Shown here piece by piece: positions 10,555 to 20,041 of a stretch of DNA of 64,000 nt (its first letter is position 1; every line of letters begins with the position of its first letter). Origin of the DNA: Gammaproteobacteria bacterium (GTDB lineage: Bacteria > Pseudomonadota > Gammaproteobacteria > JASBUN01); the NCBI GenBank assembly GCA_030147845.1, contig JASBUN010000046.1, positions 64,430-128,429 of the forward strand, given 5' to 3'. A program made the translations under genes and the position numbers. A model generated the notes under the pieces. The model had not been told where the DNA came from. It saw only the letters and a list, made by a program, of their open reading frames with translations, and ran no database searches.

Positions 10555-11010
10555 TCACTTTAACTTCTTGACCCGCTCCGAGGGACTTATGACATCGGTA
10601 AGACGGATGCCAAACTTCTCGTTCACCACAACGACTTCGCCGTGCGCAATGAGTGTGCCGTTAACCAGAACGTCCATCGGTTCGCCGGCCAGCCGATCCA
10701 GCTCGACCACCGAGCCTTGGTTCAATTGCAATAAATTTCGGATAGGAATGCGGGTGCGCCCGATTTCCATCGACAGCGTTACCGGGATATCGAGAATTAC
10801 ATCAAGATTGATATCTTCATGTGTAGAAGCCGAATCATCTGCTTCTAAATCCTCGAAGTGCGCGGTTTCATACTTGGCTGTATCTGGCACGGCAGGCACC
10901 GCCGCCTTATCCGCTGTTTTTGCCTCAGCCTCGGTCTGTTCAGCAAGCGCGTCGCCCCAATCGTCCGATATCGCTTCTTCCTGGCCGGTCTCGGTTACGT
11001 CGTTCATCAT
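10555..11010 (-). CDS. fliN: Flagellar motor switch protein FliN
   Basis: The C-terminal SpoA domain is present (LDVILDIPVTLSMEIGRTRIPIRNLLQL...). I placed the start at the ATGATG at 11010-11005, which follows an AGGAGA ribosome-binding site and lies just past the fliM stop. The longer ORF in the supplied track runs back into fliM. Confidence 0.85.
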   Translation of the reverse strand: MMNDVTETGQEEAISDDWGDALAEQTEAEAKTADKAAVPAVPDTAKYETAHFEDLEADDSASTHEDINLDVILDIPVTLSMEIGRTRIPIRNLLQLNQGSVVELDRLAGEPMDVLVNGTLIAHGEVVVVNEKFGIRLTDVISPSERVKKLK

Positions 11011-11029
11011 GAATCTCCTGAGTACCCGG

Positions 11030-12025
11030 TCAACTCTTGACCACGGGCAGGTTAGTGTGAATCTTTTCTTTGATCTTGATCGCCGAAAGGCCTCGTGACA
11101 CGCCCACGCTGCCACGAAAAACAGGTATGTCTTCGATACGCACGGTGACTTTGTCAGGCACATCCACCGCGATAACATCGCCGGGCTGTAAATCCAGAAT
11201 TTGACGGAGACTCAACGATGTTTCCAACAGCGTGCTACTCAATTCGACATCGGCGCTCTTCATCTCCTCGCGCAGGCAAACCGTCCAGCGGTCGTCCTGA
11301 TCGGAGCGATCACTCTGCAAGCCGGTGTCGAGATGTTCACGGATCGGCTCGACCATCGAATACGGCATAGTCACATGCAGATCGCCACCGCCGCCTTCCA
11401 GCTCAATATGAAACGTGCTGACAACGATGACTTCGGTAGGACTCACAATATTGGCAAACTGCGGGTTCACTTCCGAGTTCAAATATTCAAAAGTGACCGG
11501 CATCACCGGCGCCCAGGCCTCGTGCAGATCGGAAAATGCCTGCTGCAACATCATTTGTATGACGCGTGTCTCGGTGGGCGTGAACTCGCGCCCCTCGATC
11601 TTGGTGTGATAGCGCCCGTCGCCGCCGAAAAAGTTGTCGACAACAGTAAACACCAGTTTCGGATCGATGACGAATAATGCGGTTCCGCGCAGCGGCTTGA
11701 CGCGCACCAAATTCAAACTCGTGGGCACAAACAGGCTGTGCACGTATTCGGCGAATTTGAGCATTTGAACGCCGCCAACGGAAATTTCGGCCGAACGGCG
11801 CAGCATATTGAACAAGCTAATACGGAAATGGCGGGCAAAACGCTCGTTGATCATCTCCAGGGTCGGCAGGCGTCCGCGAACGATACGGTCCTGACTGGCG
11901 AAATCGTACAACGAAGTCTGACCATCCGCCGGTCCCGTTCCCGCATCGGTCTCGACGTCACCGCTACCGACGCCGTGGAGTAGCGCATCGATCTCGTCCT
12001 GGGAAAGCAGGTCGTTTGCAGGCAT
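11030..12025 (-). CDS. fliM: Flagellar motor switch protein FliM
   Basis: A 331-aa protein whose N-terminus (LSQDEIDALL) is the CheY-P binding motif. Confidence 0.92.
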   Translation of the reverse strand: MPANDLLSQDEIDALLHGVGSGDVETDAGTGPADGQTSLYDFASQDRIVRGRLPTLEMINERFARHFRISLFNMLRRSAEISVGGVQMLKFAEYVHSLFVPTSLNLVRVKPLRGTALFVIDPKLVFTVVDNFFGGDGRYHTKIEGREFTPTETRVIQMMLQQAFSDLHEAWAPVMPVTFEYLNSEVNPQFANIVSPTEVIVVSTFHIELEGGGGDLHVTMPYSMVEPIREHLDTGLQSDRSDQDDRWTVCLREEMKSADVELSSTLLETSLSLRQILDLQPGDVIAVDVPDKVTVRIEDIPVFRGSVGVSRGLSAIKIKEKIHTNLPVVKS

Positions 12026-12029
12026 AACT

Positions 12030-12608
12030 CTATTGGCCCACGATACTGGGGAGGTAAAGCGCGTCCACCTGCGGTTCGCCGGTCGAGTCGACCAGCGCCT
12101 TGCGAACCGCCTTCAACGCCTCTTCCTGCAACTTGACCTTGCCTTCGCGCGTTTTGATGTCGGCAAATTTCTGGCTGCTGAACAGAAGCATCAGATAATT
12201 CCTGACGATCGGCAGATTCTCTTTTACCTTGTCCAACTTGCCCGCATCGTAAGCCATGACGGACACTGCCACCTGCAGAAAGCGCACGCCGCTGTTGTCA
12301 TTGAGATTCACCACAAACGGCGGATCGAGGTTGAGGTAATGCGGAGTGCGTTTTGCCTCGCCTTTTTTGGGCGCGGCCTTTTTCGCGGTTTTCGATTTTT
12401 TGGTGTTGGCGTGCTGTGCGGCGGTGCTCTCGGCCGTAGCAGCCGGGGCGCCGCGGTGCAGCAACCACACGGTCGCACCAACGCTGACTCCGACCAACAC
12501 CAACACGGCTACCGACAGCAGTACGATCTTCTTCCAACCGCCTGCGGATTTGACTGGCGCGGTTTCTACGTCCAGATCCAGGTCATCGTCTTTCTGTGCC
12601 ATCAGCAA
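12030..12608 (-). CDS. fliL: Flagellar basal body-associated protein FliL
   Basis: A 192-aa protein with one N-terminal transmembrane segment, placed before fliM. Confidence 0.85.
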   Translation of the reverse strand: MLMAQKDDDLDLDVETAPVKSAGGWKKIVLLSVAVLVLVGVSVGATVWLLHRGAPAATAESTAAQHANTKKSKTAKKAAPKKGEAKRTPHYLNLDPPFVVNLNDNSGVRFLQVAVSVMAYDAGKLDKVKENLPIVRNYLMLLFSSQKFADIKTREGKVKLQEEALKAVRKALVDSTGEPQVDALYLPSIVGQ

Positions 12609-12650
12609 ACCTTTCTGTATAAGTGTCTGAATTTCTTCACCAACGCTGAA

Positions 12651-12665
12651 GCAAGACCTATGCCA
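12651..12665 (-). promoter_or_regulatory. Sigma54 -24/-12 promoter TGGCAT-aggtc-TTGC upstream of fliL.
   Basis: The reverse complement of positions 12651-12665 reads TGGCATAGGTCTTGC. It lies about 45 nt upstream of the fliL start. Confidence 0.6.
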
Positions 12666-12825
12666 GCGTATGCAGAAATTTTGTATCCTTATTTATCAAT
12701 GAGTTAAAAAGGCCGTTTACGGAGTGCCGGGACATTGACTCAACCCGTTCACGAACAATGCCGGAAACTTGGCGACCATGACTTCGCAGCCAAGGGATAT
12801 CGAGTGGCCCATGTAGAACGGAATT

Positions 12826-13030
12826 GGTTGGAGCCGTTGTGTCACCCCATGCACTGCTGAAGCCGTGCCTACACAATCAGGTATTCGGATCGGTAACCTG
12901 GGCACGGATCGATCGGGGCCGTCGTGGCATCGCGTGCACGGCTGAAGCCGTGCCGACACAAACAGGGATTCGGATCGGTAACCTGGGCACGGATCGATCG
13001 GGGCCGTTGTGGTATCGCATGCACGGCGAG
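12826..13030. repeat. Tandem direct repeat of about 2.4 copies with an 85-bp period, in the fliK-fliL intergenic region. Each unit carries a GCACGGC-TGAA-GCCGTGC hairpin and three GATC sites.
   Basis: The units at 12851-12935 and 12936-13020 align with about 90% identity, and there are partial units on both sides. Confidence 0.85.
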
Positions 13031-13105
13031 GGACGCTGGCCGGCCATAGAAATACCGCTCAATCCGCGCCGGCCGACACCGGGATGACGCGTCGAAGCGG
13101 CGCTA

Positions 13106-14263
13106 TTACGCGAAATAATCCACCATACCAAGTGCAGCGGCGCCGATGGATGACGTCGCCGGCAAGGCATCGGTGTCGATGCTGGTATCAAACGGATTGG
13201 CGTGGGCGCCGGGCGCACTGAACGCTTGTTGTCCCTGACCCTGCTGTGCGCCGTGACCGCCGACATTGACATTGGTCTGTGCAAAACCTTGCTCCGCCAT
13301 CATTTCCCGCAAACGCGGAATGGCGGCTTCGATAGCATCGCGTGCATGCACATGATGGGCGATAAAGGAGACATTGGCAGCATCACTGCTTACTGAGAGC
13401 CGCACCTCTACCGGCCCCAGATGTGGCGGATTCACTCGCAGTTGTGCCGCCTGCACACCGTCTTTCGCCATCCAGACGACGCGATTACCCAGTTCTCTGT
13501 CCCAGCCCGGCTTTTGCATCGGCGTGTCAACCGGCACGCTGGGAACCGCAGCCGGTCGCGCACCGGCGTCGCCGGAAGCCGGTTGCGCCGGCTGGTGTAC
13601 TACAGCGGCGTGCAACGCCGCCACATCGCCGCGATCCATCGCCACCGCACCTTGAGTCGGAACGTTCGAAGCAGGCGCTTGCGCGGCCTCGAACTTCGCC
13701 AGCACGGCCTTAAGTACGTCGGCGGAGTTCGCGCCACCGTTTCCGGCGCTGAGTACATTCAGGATCGTGGCCAACGACGCATCGTCGGCACCGGCGTGCG
13801 ACTGCGGCGCGGCGCTTGCGTGTGGCGTCGCCGCCAACAGCAGCGGCGCTGCGATCGGCACCACAACCTGGCTAGCCGCCGCGTTGACATCGCCGGCGGC
13901 AGATTTCTTATCCTGCGTTTTTGCCGATTTTGCGTCCGCCGTGGTCGCCGCCACCGTGCCACCGGCAAGAATCGCCGCCAGCAGATCGGCAAGCGGCAAG
14001 CCCTTGCCGGTTTGCTCTGTCGGCGCGGATGGTGTCTGCACACCCGGGTTGGCCGACGTCTTGCTCTCGACCACGGCCGCCAGCGCCGTCTGCGCGCCGG
14101 GGGCGGCGTGCAACTGGCCGCTCAACAACAGTGTGAATAACGCTGATGGCGCATGCTGTGCGCCTTTTACCGGGCCCGGAGTTGGATTTTGCGCCGACTG
14201 TGCGGCGCCGGTGGTGGACGCACTGGTGTCGGTCGACGGTGGTGAAGATGGCAATACATTCAT
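13106..14263 (-). CDS. fliK: Flagellar hook-length control protein FliK
   Basis: A 385-aa protein with a Pro/Ala/Ser/Thr-rich N-terminus and a conserved C-terminal FliK domain (LRVNPPHLGPVEVRLSV...). Confidence 0.8.
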   Translation of the reverse strand: MNVLPSSPPSTDTSASTTGAAQSAQNPTPGPVKGAQHAPSALFTLLLSGQLHAAPGAQTALAAVVESKTSANPGVQTPSAPTEQTGKGLPLADLLAAILAGGTVAATTADAKSAKTQDKKSAAGDVNAAASQVVVPIAAPLLLAATPHASAAPQSHAGADDASLATILNVLSAGNGGANSADVLKAVLAKFEAAQAPASNVPTQGAVAMDRGDVAALHAAVVHQPAQPASGDAGARPAAVPSVPVDTPMQKPGWDRELGNRVVWMAKDGVQAAQLRVNPPHLGPVEVRLSVSSDAANVSFIAHHVHARDAIEAAIPRLREMMAEQGFAQTNVNVGGHGAQQGQGQQAFSAPGAHANPFDTSIDTDALPATSSIGAAALGMVDYFA

Positions 14264-14304
14264 GCTGGCTTATACCCGATACGTGGTGACATACGGGTAG
14301 GACA

Positions 14305-14319
14305 GCAAATTGCGTGCCA
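14305..14319 (-). promoter_or_regulatory. Sigma54 promoter TGGCAC-gcaat-TTGC upstream of fliK.
   Basis: A perfect -24/-12 consensus on the minus strand, about 42 nt upstream of the fliK ATG. Confidence 0.65.
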
Positions 14320-14376
14320 TAGACCAGCGCGGAAATGGCGGCGGGCTAGGTGACTCAAAGCACAGTCAAGCGACGC

Positions 14377-14814
14377 TCAGTCCACACCATGCCGACGCGC
14401 GGAATGTTCGTCCGCTTCCTTTTGTTCGCGGCGCTCCGCCTCGCGCTGCTCTTCGCGTCGATATCGGTCAACCACGTTACCTAACGCCTTAGCGTGCGTA
14501 CGCGACTGCAGCCAAGCTTGCCGGCTCGCCTCGCATTCCGCGCGCACCTGCTCAACCAGCCGTTGTTGCTGCGAGATCGCTGCATCGAGGCGGCCGAGAA
14601 AAGTGCGGTACTCGTTCAATTTCACCGCACCGATGCCGTTACTACACGATTCTTGAAAATTGCGGGCGTAGTCCGTTCGGTAACCCAGTAACTCCGCCAA
14701 TCGCTGCTCCTGGTGTTCCACTATCCGACGACACTCACCCAACAATCGCGCTGCGTCCATCTGCCTGTTTTCGGCCAAATCGACTACCGGACGAATACGC
14801 TTGGAGCGTGTCAT
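14377..14814 (-). CDS. fliJ: Flagellar export chaperone FliJ
   Basis: A 145-aa coiled-coil protein downstream of fliI. Confidence 0.75.
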   Translation of the reverse strand: MTRSKRIRPVVDLAENRQMDAARLLGECRRIVEHQEQRLAELLGYRTDYARNFQESCSNGIGAVKLNEYRTFLGRLDAAISQQQRLVEQVRAECEASRQAWLQSRTHAKALGNVVDRYRREEQREAERREQKEADEHSARRHGVD

Positions 14815-14876
14815 TCGCTATTACTCCCAATGTAAAAAGTGACATAACGACGGCGCCGAAGATGAGCGCGGCGCAC

Positions 14877-16229
14877 TTAAACCGCGAGTTCACCGAGTTC
14901 AGCCAAACTTTGATCCAGTGGTACGCATTCATGCATATCTTGTTGTAAAAAATCGAGTAAGCGTGGCTGCATATCAATGGCTTCGTCGATGCGTGGATCA
15001 CTGCCGTTTTGATAAGCGCCGACACTAATGAGATCGCGATTCTGCTGATAAGCCGAAAAAATTTTCTTGAAGCCCTGCGCCTCACGCAGATGTTCTTTAG
15101 TCGTTATTTCCGTCATCGCACGACTGATGGAGGCCTCGATATCGATGGCCGGATAGTGACCGGCTTCTGCGTAACGCCGCGAGAGTACGATGTGACCATC
15201 GAGAATGGCGCGCGCCGAGTCCGCTATCGGATCGTTTTGATCATCGCCCTCTACCAACACCGTATAAAATCCGGTGATAGAACCACCGCCGGTATCACCG
15301 TTGCCGGCACGCTCCACCAGCTGCGGAATTTTGGCAAACACCGATGGCGGATATCCTTTGGTAGCCGGCGGCTCTCCGATCGCCAAAGCGATCTCGCGTT
15401 GGGCTTGCGCGAAGCGCGTCAACGAGTCCATCAACAGCAACACATGTTTTCCCTGGTCGCGAAAATATTCCGCAATCGAGGTTGCCAGCATGGCTCCGTG
15501 CATGCGCATGAGCGGCGTATTGTCGGCCGGAGTGGCGACGACAACCGAACGTTTCAAACCCTCGTCACCGAGGATATTCTGCACAAATTCCTTCACCTCG
15601 CGGCCGCGTTCGCCGATCAGGCCGACCACGATCACATCGGCGTTGGTGTAACGGGTCATCATACCGAGCAACACGCTCTTGCCGACGCCGCTGCCTGCAA
15701 ACAACCCCATGCGCTGACCACGACCGACCGTCAGCAGTGCATTGATAGCACGCACGCCGACATCAAGTGGCTCCCGTATTGGACTACGCGTCAACGGATT
15801 GATACTACGCCCGGTCAAGGGCGCGCGCGCCTGGGCACGCAGCGGGCCGCGACCGTCGAGCGGATGGCCCGCCCCATCGACCACCCTACCCAGCAGTGCT
15901 TCGCCAACGGGGGCTAAATACACGCGGTTGGTCGGGATGACGCGGGCGTTCGGCACCAAGCCGTGCAGGTCCCCGATCGGCATCAGATAAAGCCTCTCGC
16001 CGGAGAAGCCCACCACCTCGGTTTCAATACTGGCGCCGTCCGGACCGGCGACCAGACAGCGTGAGCCGATAGCGGCCTGACTGCCAATCGCCTCTAGCGT
16101 CAAGCCAACCATACGCGTCAGACGTCCCTCTACCACCATGGGCGGTAAACCGTCCATACGCTGTTGGTACTCGCCCAGGCGCTTGGCCCAGATATGCCCA
16201 CGCCGGACTTCGGGAATGACCGCACTCAT
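14877..16229 (-). CDS. fliI: Flagellum-specific ATPase FliI
   Basis: It has the Walker A motif GSGVGKS and belongs to the F1/T3SS ATPase family. It is 450 aa long. Confidence 0.95.
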   Translation of the reverse strand: MSAVIPEVRRGHIWAKRLGEYQQRMDGLPPMVVEGRLTRMVGLTLEAIGSQAAIGSRCLVAGPDGASIETEVVGFSGERLYLMPIGDLHGLVPNARVIPTNRVYLAPVGEALLGRVVDGAGHPLDGRGPLRAQARAPLTGRSINPLTRSPIREPLDVGVRAINALLTVGRGQRMGLFAGSGVGKSVLLGMMTRYTNADVIVVGLIGERGREVKEFVQNILGDEGLKRSVVVATPADNTPLMRMHGAMLATSIAEYFRDQGKHVLLLMDSLTRFAQAQREIALAIGEPPATKGYPPSVFAKIPQLVERAGNGDTGGGSITGFYTVLVEGDDQNDPIADSARAILDGHIVLSRRYAEAGHYPAIDIEASISRAMTEITTKEHLREAQGFKKIFSAYQQNRDLISVGAYQNGSDPRIDEAIDMQPRLLDFLQQDMHECVPLDQSLAELGELAV

Positions 16230-16251
16230 GCGTTAACCGCTGCCGTCAGCA

Positions 16252-16896
16252 TTAACTGTCGCCTTCACGTTGGCCGCCAAACACCTTGGCGATCAATTGC
16301 GCAACGCGGCTGTCGATGGTCGCATCGATCTGCGAATACTCCGTCGTCACGCGACAACCGCCGCGGCTCATGACCAAATCATCCACCACTTTCCAACTAC
16401 GATCCTCATCGGACAGTGACAGCGACTCCCGCACCAGCGCTGCGTCTTCGGGATGCAAGTGTACGCTGATATTACTCGACGCAATCGGCAACGCCGACAT
16501 CGCTTCGCGCACCACCGCGACCACCTGCCCGGGCTCACTTTTGATTTCACGGCGCACCAACTGACGCACCATGGCAATGACGAGGTTGACCAGTTGCTGC
16601 TCGACTTTATCGTCCAACTGCGCAAACGGCTCGGCCAGCGCCTGCAGTAGCGACACTAATTCCTGAGCACGCGCCTCGGTCTGCTGCTGTCCGGCTGCAC
16701 GCCCTTCCCGCAAGCCGACTTCGTACGCTTCTTCATAAGCCTGCTGCTGCAATCGTTCGAGCTGACTGGCTGTCAGCAAACTGGTATTTACCGGTGCGCC
16801 ACGTATCCCGCCCGTGCCGCTTCTCGGCGGCTCTACGGCCGGCGGCGCCCAGCTCTCGCAATTGTCAACATCATCGCGCGAGATAATTTTAGACAT
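16252..16896 (-). CDS. fliH: Flagellar assembly protein FliH
   Basis: A 214-aa protein with a charged coiled-coil middle region, located between fliG and fliI. Confidence 0.8.
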   Translation of the reverse strand: MSKIISRDDVDNCESWAPPAVEPPRSGTGGIRGAPVNTSLLTASQLERLQQQAYEEAYEVGLREGRAAGQQQTEARAQELVSLLQALAEPFAQLDDKVEQQLVNLVIAMVRQLVRREIKSEPGQVVAVVREAMSALPIASSNISVHLHPEDAALVRESLSLSDEDRSWKVVDDLVMSRGGCRVTTEYSQIDATIDSRVAQLIAKVFGGQREGDS

Positions 16897-17908
16897 ACTG
16901 CTCGCCGCCCTTGCCGCCGAGCGCTAGTTCACCGCTATCGGCCATTTTGCGCGCCACCGCCAGAATCTCCTTCTGCGCGGTCTCCACTTCGCTCAGCCGC
17001 ACGGGGCCCTTGGCTTCGAGGTCATCGCGCAGCATCTCGGACGCGCGTTTAGACATATTGGTGAAGATTTTTTCCTTGACCGCCTCGTCCGCACCCTTGA
17101 GCGCGATGATCAACACTTCCGACGACACCTCGCGTAGCAGCGCCTGGATACCGCGATTGTCGACTTCGGCCAGGTTGTCGAAGACGAACATGAGATCCTG
17201 GATCTTATCGCCCAACTGACCGTCGGTCTCTTTGATGCGCTCGATAATTTCGGACTCGACCGCGGTCTCCATGAAGTTGAGAATATTGGCCGCCGATTTC
17301 AAACCGCCGACGGACGATGACTTGACGTTGGCGTTACCGGAGAACTGTTTCTCCATAATCTCATCGAGTTCCTGCAACGCCTGCGGTTGAATGCCATCGA
17401 GCGATGCGATGCGCATGAGAATATCAGGGCGTACGCGCTCGGGCAGAAATTGCAACACTTCGGCGGCATGATCACTGTCGAGATAAGCCATAACGATGGC
17501 AATGATCTGCGGATGCTCCAGCCGTATAATCTCGGCCACTGCGCGCGGATCCATCCACTTTAGCGCGTCGAGTCCCTTTGAACTCCGACCCATCAGGATT
17601 CGGTCGATCAGACCACCGGCCTTATCTTCGCCGAGCGCCTTGATCATGACATTGCGAATATAGTCCTCGTTGCCTATACCGAGCGCGGTCTGTTCTTCGA
17701 CGGTACTGACGAAATCATCCAGCACTTCGCCAACCTGCTGTTTCGAGACATTAGCCAGCGAGGCCATTACGGAACCGACTTTCTGTACTTCCTTAGGGCC
17801 CAGTTGCTTGAGCACCTCGGACGCGTCCTGCTCACCGATGCTCATCAGCAGAATCGCTGCGCGCTCCGTGCCGTTGAGTTTCGCGTTGGTATCAGCCATC
17901 GTTGGCAA
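16889..17908 (-). CDS. fliG: Flagellar motor switch protein FliG
   Basis: A 339-aa protein with an armadillo-repeat FliG signature near its C-terminus. Confidence 0.9.
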   Translation of the reverse strand: MPTMADTNAKLNGTERAAILLMSIGEQDASEVLKQLGPKEVQKVGSVMASLANVSKQQVGEVLDDFVSTVEEQTALGIGNEDYIRNVMIKALGEDKAGGLIDRILMGRSSKGLDALKWMDPRAVAEIIRLEHPQIIAIVMAYLDSDHAAEVLQFLPERVRPDILMRIASLDGIQPQALQELDEIMEKQFSGNANVKSSSVGGLKSAANILNFMETAVESEIIERIKETDGQLGDKIQDLMFVFDNLAEVDNRGIQALLREVSSEVLIIALKGADEAVKEKIFTNMSKRASEMLRDDLEAKGPVRLSEVETAQKEILAVARKMADSGELALGGKGGEQYV

Positions 17909-19562
17909 CCCAATTCTTGACTACTTGTGCAACGCGCCGCGGGTCCTGCGATGCCATGCTGCGCGCCACTCCGAGCTTGTCGTCATAACCCCCAGGCCCC
18001 GGCAATTGACCAGCCGATCGCTGTCCGTCCAGTGTAACACGGTCCTGCGCCAGTTCCGCTCCGGCCAACTGCGCCGGTGGTGCGGCCAGACCCTTCTCGG
18101 CCAAGCCGCGTAAGACCGGACGCAAGACGCCGAAGACCAGCAACAATACTGCTAAACCGCCCAGCGCTTGCTTCATAATGTCCTTCGCCCATGGCTGCTG
18201 CCATACCGGCGGTTCGGGTAGCGCCTCCGGGGTCGGCGGCACCTCAAAGGCGCTATTGATGACATTTACACTATCGCCGCGGGCAGCATTAAATCCGACC
18301 GTATCCTTCACCAGCGCTGTGATTTGCGCCAGTTCCTTCGCATCCAGCGGCTTTCTCTCGACCTGGCCGGCGTCATTCACACTCTGGCGATCGTCAACCA
18401 ACACCGCCACCGACAGCTTACGTATGTTACCGGCAGGACTGCGCGTGTGGCTTATGGTTTTGTCGAGTTCAAAATTACGCACCACGCGCTTCGTGCTGCT
18501 ACCTTGCGGTGGGCTAGGTGTCGGCGCTGCCGGCGTCGCCGACGGCGCTTGATTTTTTCCACCCCGCTGTTTCGCCGCCGGCGTGGGAGCAGGCTGCGGT
18601 ACAGCGGTAGTCCCGGCGCCGGGGGGCTGATTGCTGAGCGCACCCGGCACGCCGCCGATGCCGGTGGGCGAACTGCTGTGTTCCTCTACCAGCTGTTCGC
18701 TGCGCAGCGATGGCCGCGTCGGATCATAAGTCTCGCTGGTCTTTTCCACGCTGGTAAAATCAACGTCAGCGACTACTTGCGCTCGCACCCGGCCCGGGCC
18801 AACGATCGGGGAGATCAAATTTTCGATCCGCCGTGCATACATATGTTCCATGCGGCGCGTGAAATCGAATTGGTTGGAAGTCAGCGCCATGCCGTGGTCG
18901 CTGGCGCCGTTAGTGAGGAGATCGCCCGCCTGATCAATGACGGTCACCTTATCAGGCATCAGATTGGGTACACTGGATGCAACCAGATGCACGATCGCGG
19001 CGACCTGGCCGCGCTCCAACTGCCGACCGGCATATAAATCCAGCACCACTGACGCCGATGGCTTGTCCTGTTTACGGATAAACACGGTGCGTTTCGGGAT
19101 GGCCAAATGTACGCGCGCGGTGCGTACGTTGTCGATGCTGCTGATAGAGCGCGCCAATTCAATTTCCAGCGCATGCTGATAACGTGCCTGCTCGACAAAC
19201 TGACTGGTACCTAAGGCCTGCTCTTTCTCCAGCAATTCGAAGCCGACGCCGACGCCCTTGGGTAAACCCTCACCGGCAAGCTTCAGGCGAGCCTCGTGCA
19301 CCTTGTCGATCGGCACCATGACGGCGCCGCTACCGGCATCGATCTGATATGGGATGTTGGATTGTTGCAGCGCCTGAACCACTTGCGACGAGTCCTTGGC
19401 GGAAAGACTGCCATAGAGCAATCCGTACGAAGGCTTCTGCGACCACAACACGACGGCCACTCCCAGCGCCACGCTGGCAGCTAACCCGATCATCAAGCCG
19501 ATTTGTCGCAACGCCGGTAGGCGAGCGAAGCCTTGCGCTGTTCCTGCCTTGATCAGTGCCAT
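17892..19562 (-). CDS. fliF: Flagellar MS-ring protein FliF
   Basis: A 556-aa protein with an N-terminal transmembrane segment and a conserved YscJ/FliF domain. Confidence 0.9.
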   Translation of the reverse strand: MALIKAGTAQGFARLPALRQIGLMIGLAASVALGVAVVLWSQKPSYGLLYGSLSAKDSSQVVQALQQSNIPYQIDAGSGAVMVPIDKVHEARLKLAGEGLPKGVGVGFELLEKEQALGTSQFVEQARYQHALEIELARSISSIDNVRTARVHLAIPKRTVFIRKQDKPSASVVLDLYAGRQLERGQVAAIVHLVASSVPNLMPDKVTVIDQAGDLLTNGASDHGMALTSNQFDFTRRMEHMYARRIENLISPIVGPGRVRAQVVADVDFTSVEKTSETYDPTRPSLRSEQLVEEHSSSPTGIGGVPGALSNQPPGAGTTAVPQPAPTPAAKQRGGKNQAPSATPAAPTPSPPQGSSTKRVVRNFELDKTISHTRSPAGNIRKLSVAVLVDDRQSVNDAGQVERKPLDAKELAQITALVKDTVGFNAARGDSVNVINSAFEVPPTPEALPEPPVWQQPWAKDIMKQALGGLAVLLLVFGVLRPVLRGLAEKGLAAPPAQLAGAELAQDRVTLDGQRSAGQLPGPGGYDDKLGVARSMASQDPRRVAQVVKNWVANDG

Positions 19563-19617
19563 AATCCAGCCACTCTCGTCTGCGGTAATCGCGGTTTAAA
19601 TTCGTAATGGCGTTGCA

Positions 19618-19944
19618 TCAGAACTGCATACGCATGATTTCGTTATAGGCATCGACCAGCTTATTACGCACTTGGGTCATGGCCTGAAAGGAGACATTGG
19701 CCTTTTGCAGCGCCACCATCACCTGTGTCAGATCGACATTCGGATTGCCGGCCTCGAACGCATCGGATAGTTTGCCGGCCTGTTGTTGAGTCTCGTTTAC
19801 CGCATTAATCGAACTCTTCAACAGTTGGCCAAAATCGGGCTTTTCAGCCCCATTTACCTGGCTTGGCTGCAGCGCCCCGTCCTGAGCGCGTGAAGCCATG
19901 ACACGCATTTGTGCCAACACCTGTGAAATATCGATATCGCTCAT
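19618..19944 (-). CDS. fliE: Flagellar hook-basal body protein FliE
   Basis: A 108-aa protein with a typical FliE C-terminus. Confidence 0.85.
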   Translation of the reverse strand: MSDIDISQVLAQMRVMASRAQDGALQPSQVNGAEKPDFGQLLKSSINAVNETQQQAGKLSDAFEAGNPNVDLTQVMVALQKANVSFQAMTQVRNKLVDAYNEIMRMQF

Positions 19945-19998
19945 CGTGTCGCTCTCCGATCAATCCAAAGGAGTCCGCCGTCAATGCGTAACTCCACG

Positions 19999-20013
19999 TA
20001 GTAATGACTCAAA
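19999..20013 (-). promoter_or_regulatory. Sigma54-like promoter TGGCCC-ggata-GTGC upstream of fliE.
   Basis: The conserved GG and GC dinucleotides are spaced correctly. It lies about 55 nt upstream of fliE. The -12 element is imperfect. Confidence 0.4.
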
Positions 20014-20041
20014 ATATGCACTATCCGGGCCAATACTGAGT

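Noticed and set aside
10061-11098. A 345-aa plus-strand ORF spanning fliO, fliN and fliM.
   Set aside because: It crosses three well-supported minus-strand genes and is Ser/Thr/Arg-rich low-complexity sequence. I treat it as a frame artefact.
10555-11178. The longer 207-aa version of fliN in the supplied track.
   Set aside because: Its first 55 codons overlap the end of fliM in another frame. The internal ATGATG at 11010, with an AGGAGA ribosome-binding site just after the fliM stop, gives a canonical 152-aa FliN.
12717-13284. Minus-strand ORFs of 80 and 135 aa sharing the peptide PDRSVPRLPIRIP.
   Set aside because: They are encoded entirely by the 85-bp tandem repeat. The shared peptide reflects the repeated DNA and does not indicate a gene.
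13421-14140. A 239-aa Arg-rich plus-strand ORF and the other plus and minus shadow ORFs across fliK.
   Set aside because: They are antisense or out of frame to fliK in a region of biased GC-rich, Ala/Pro-codon-rich sequence. Their composition is typical of spurious high-GC ORFs.
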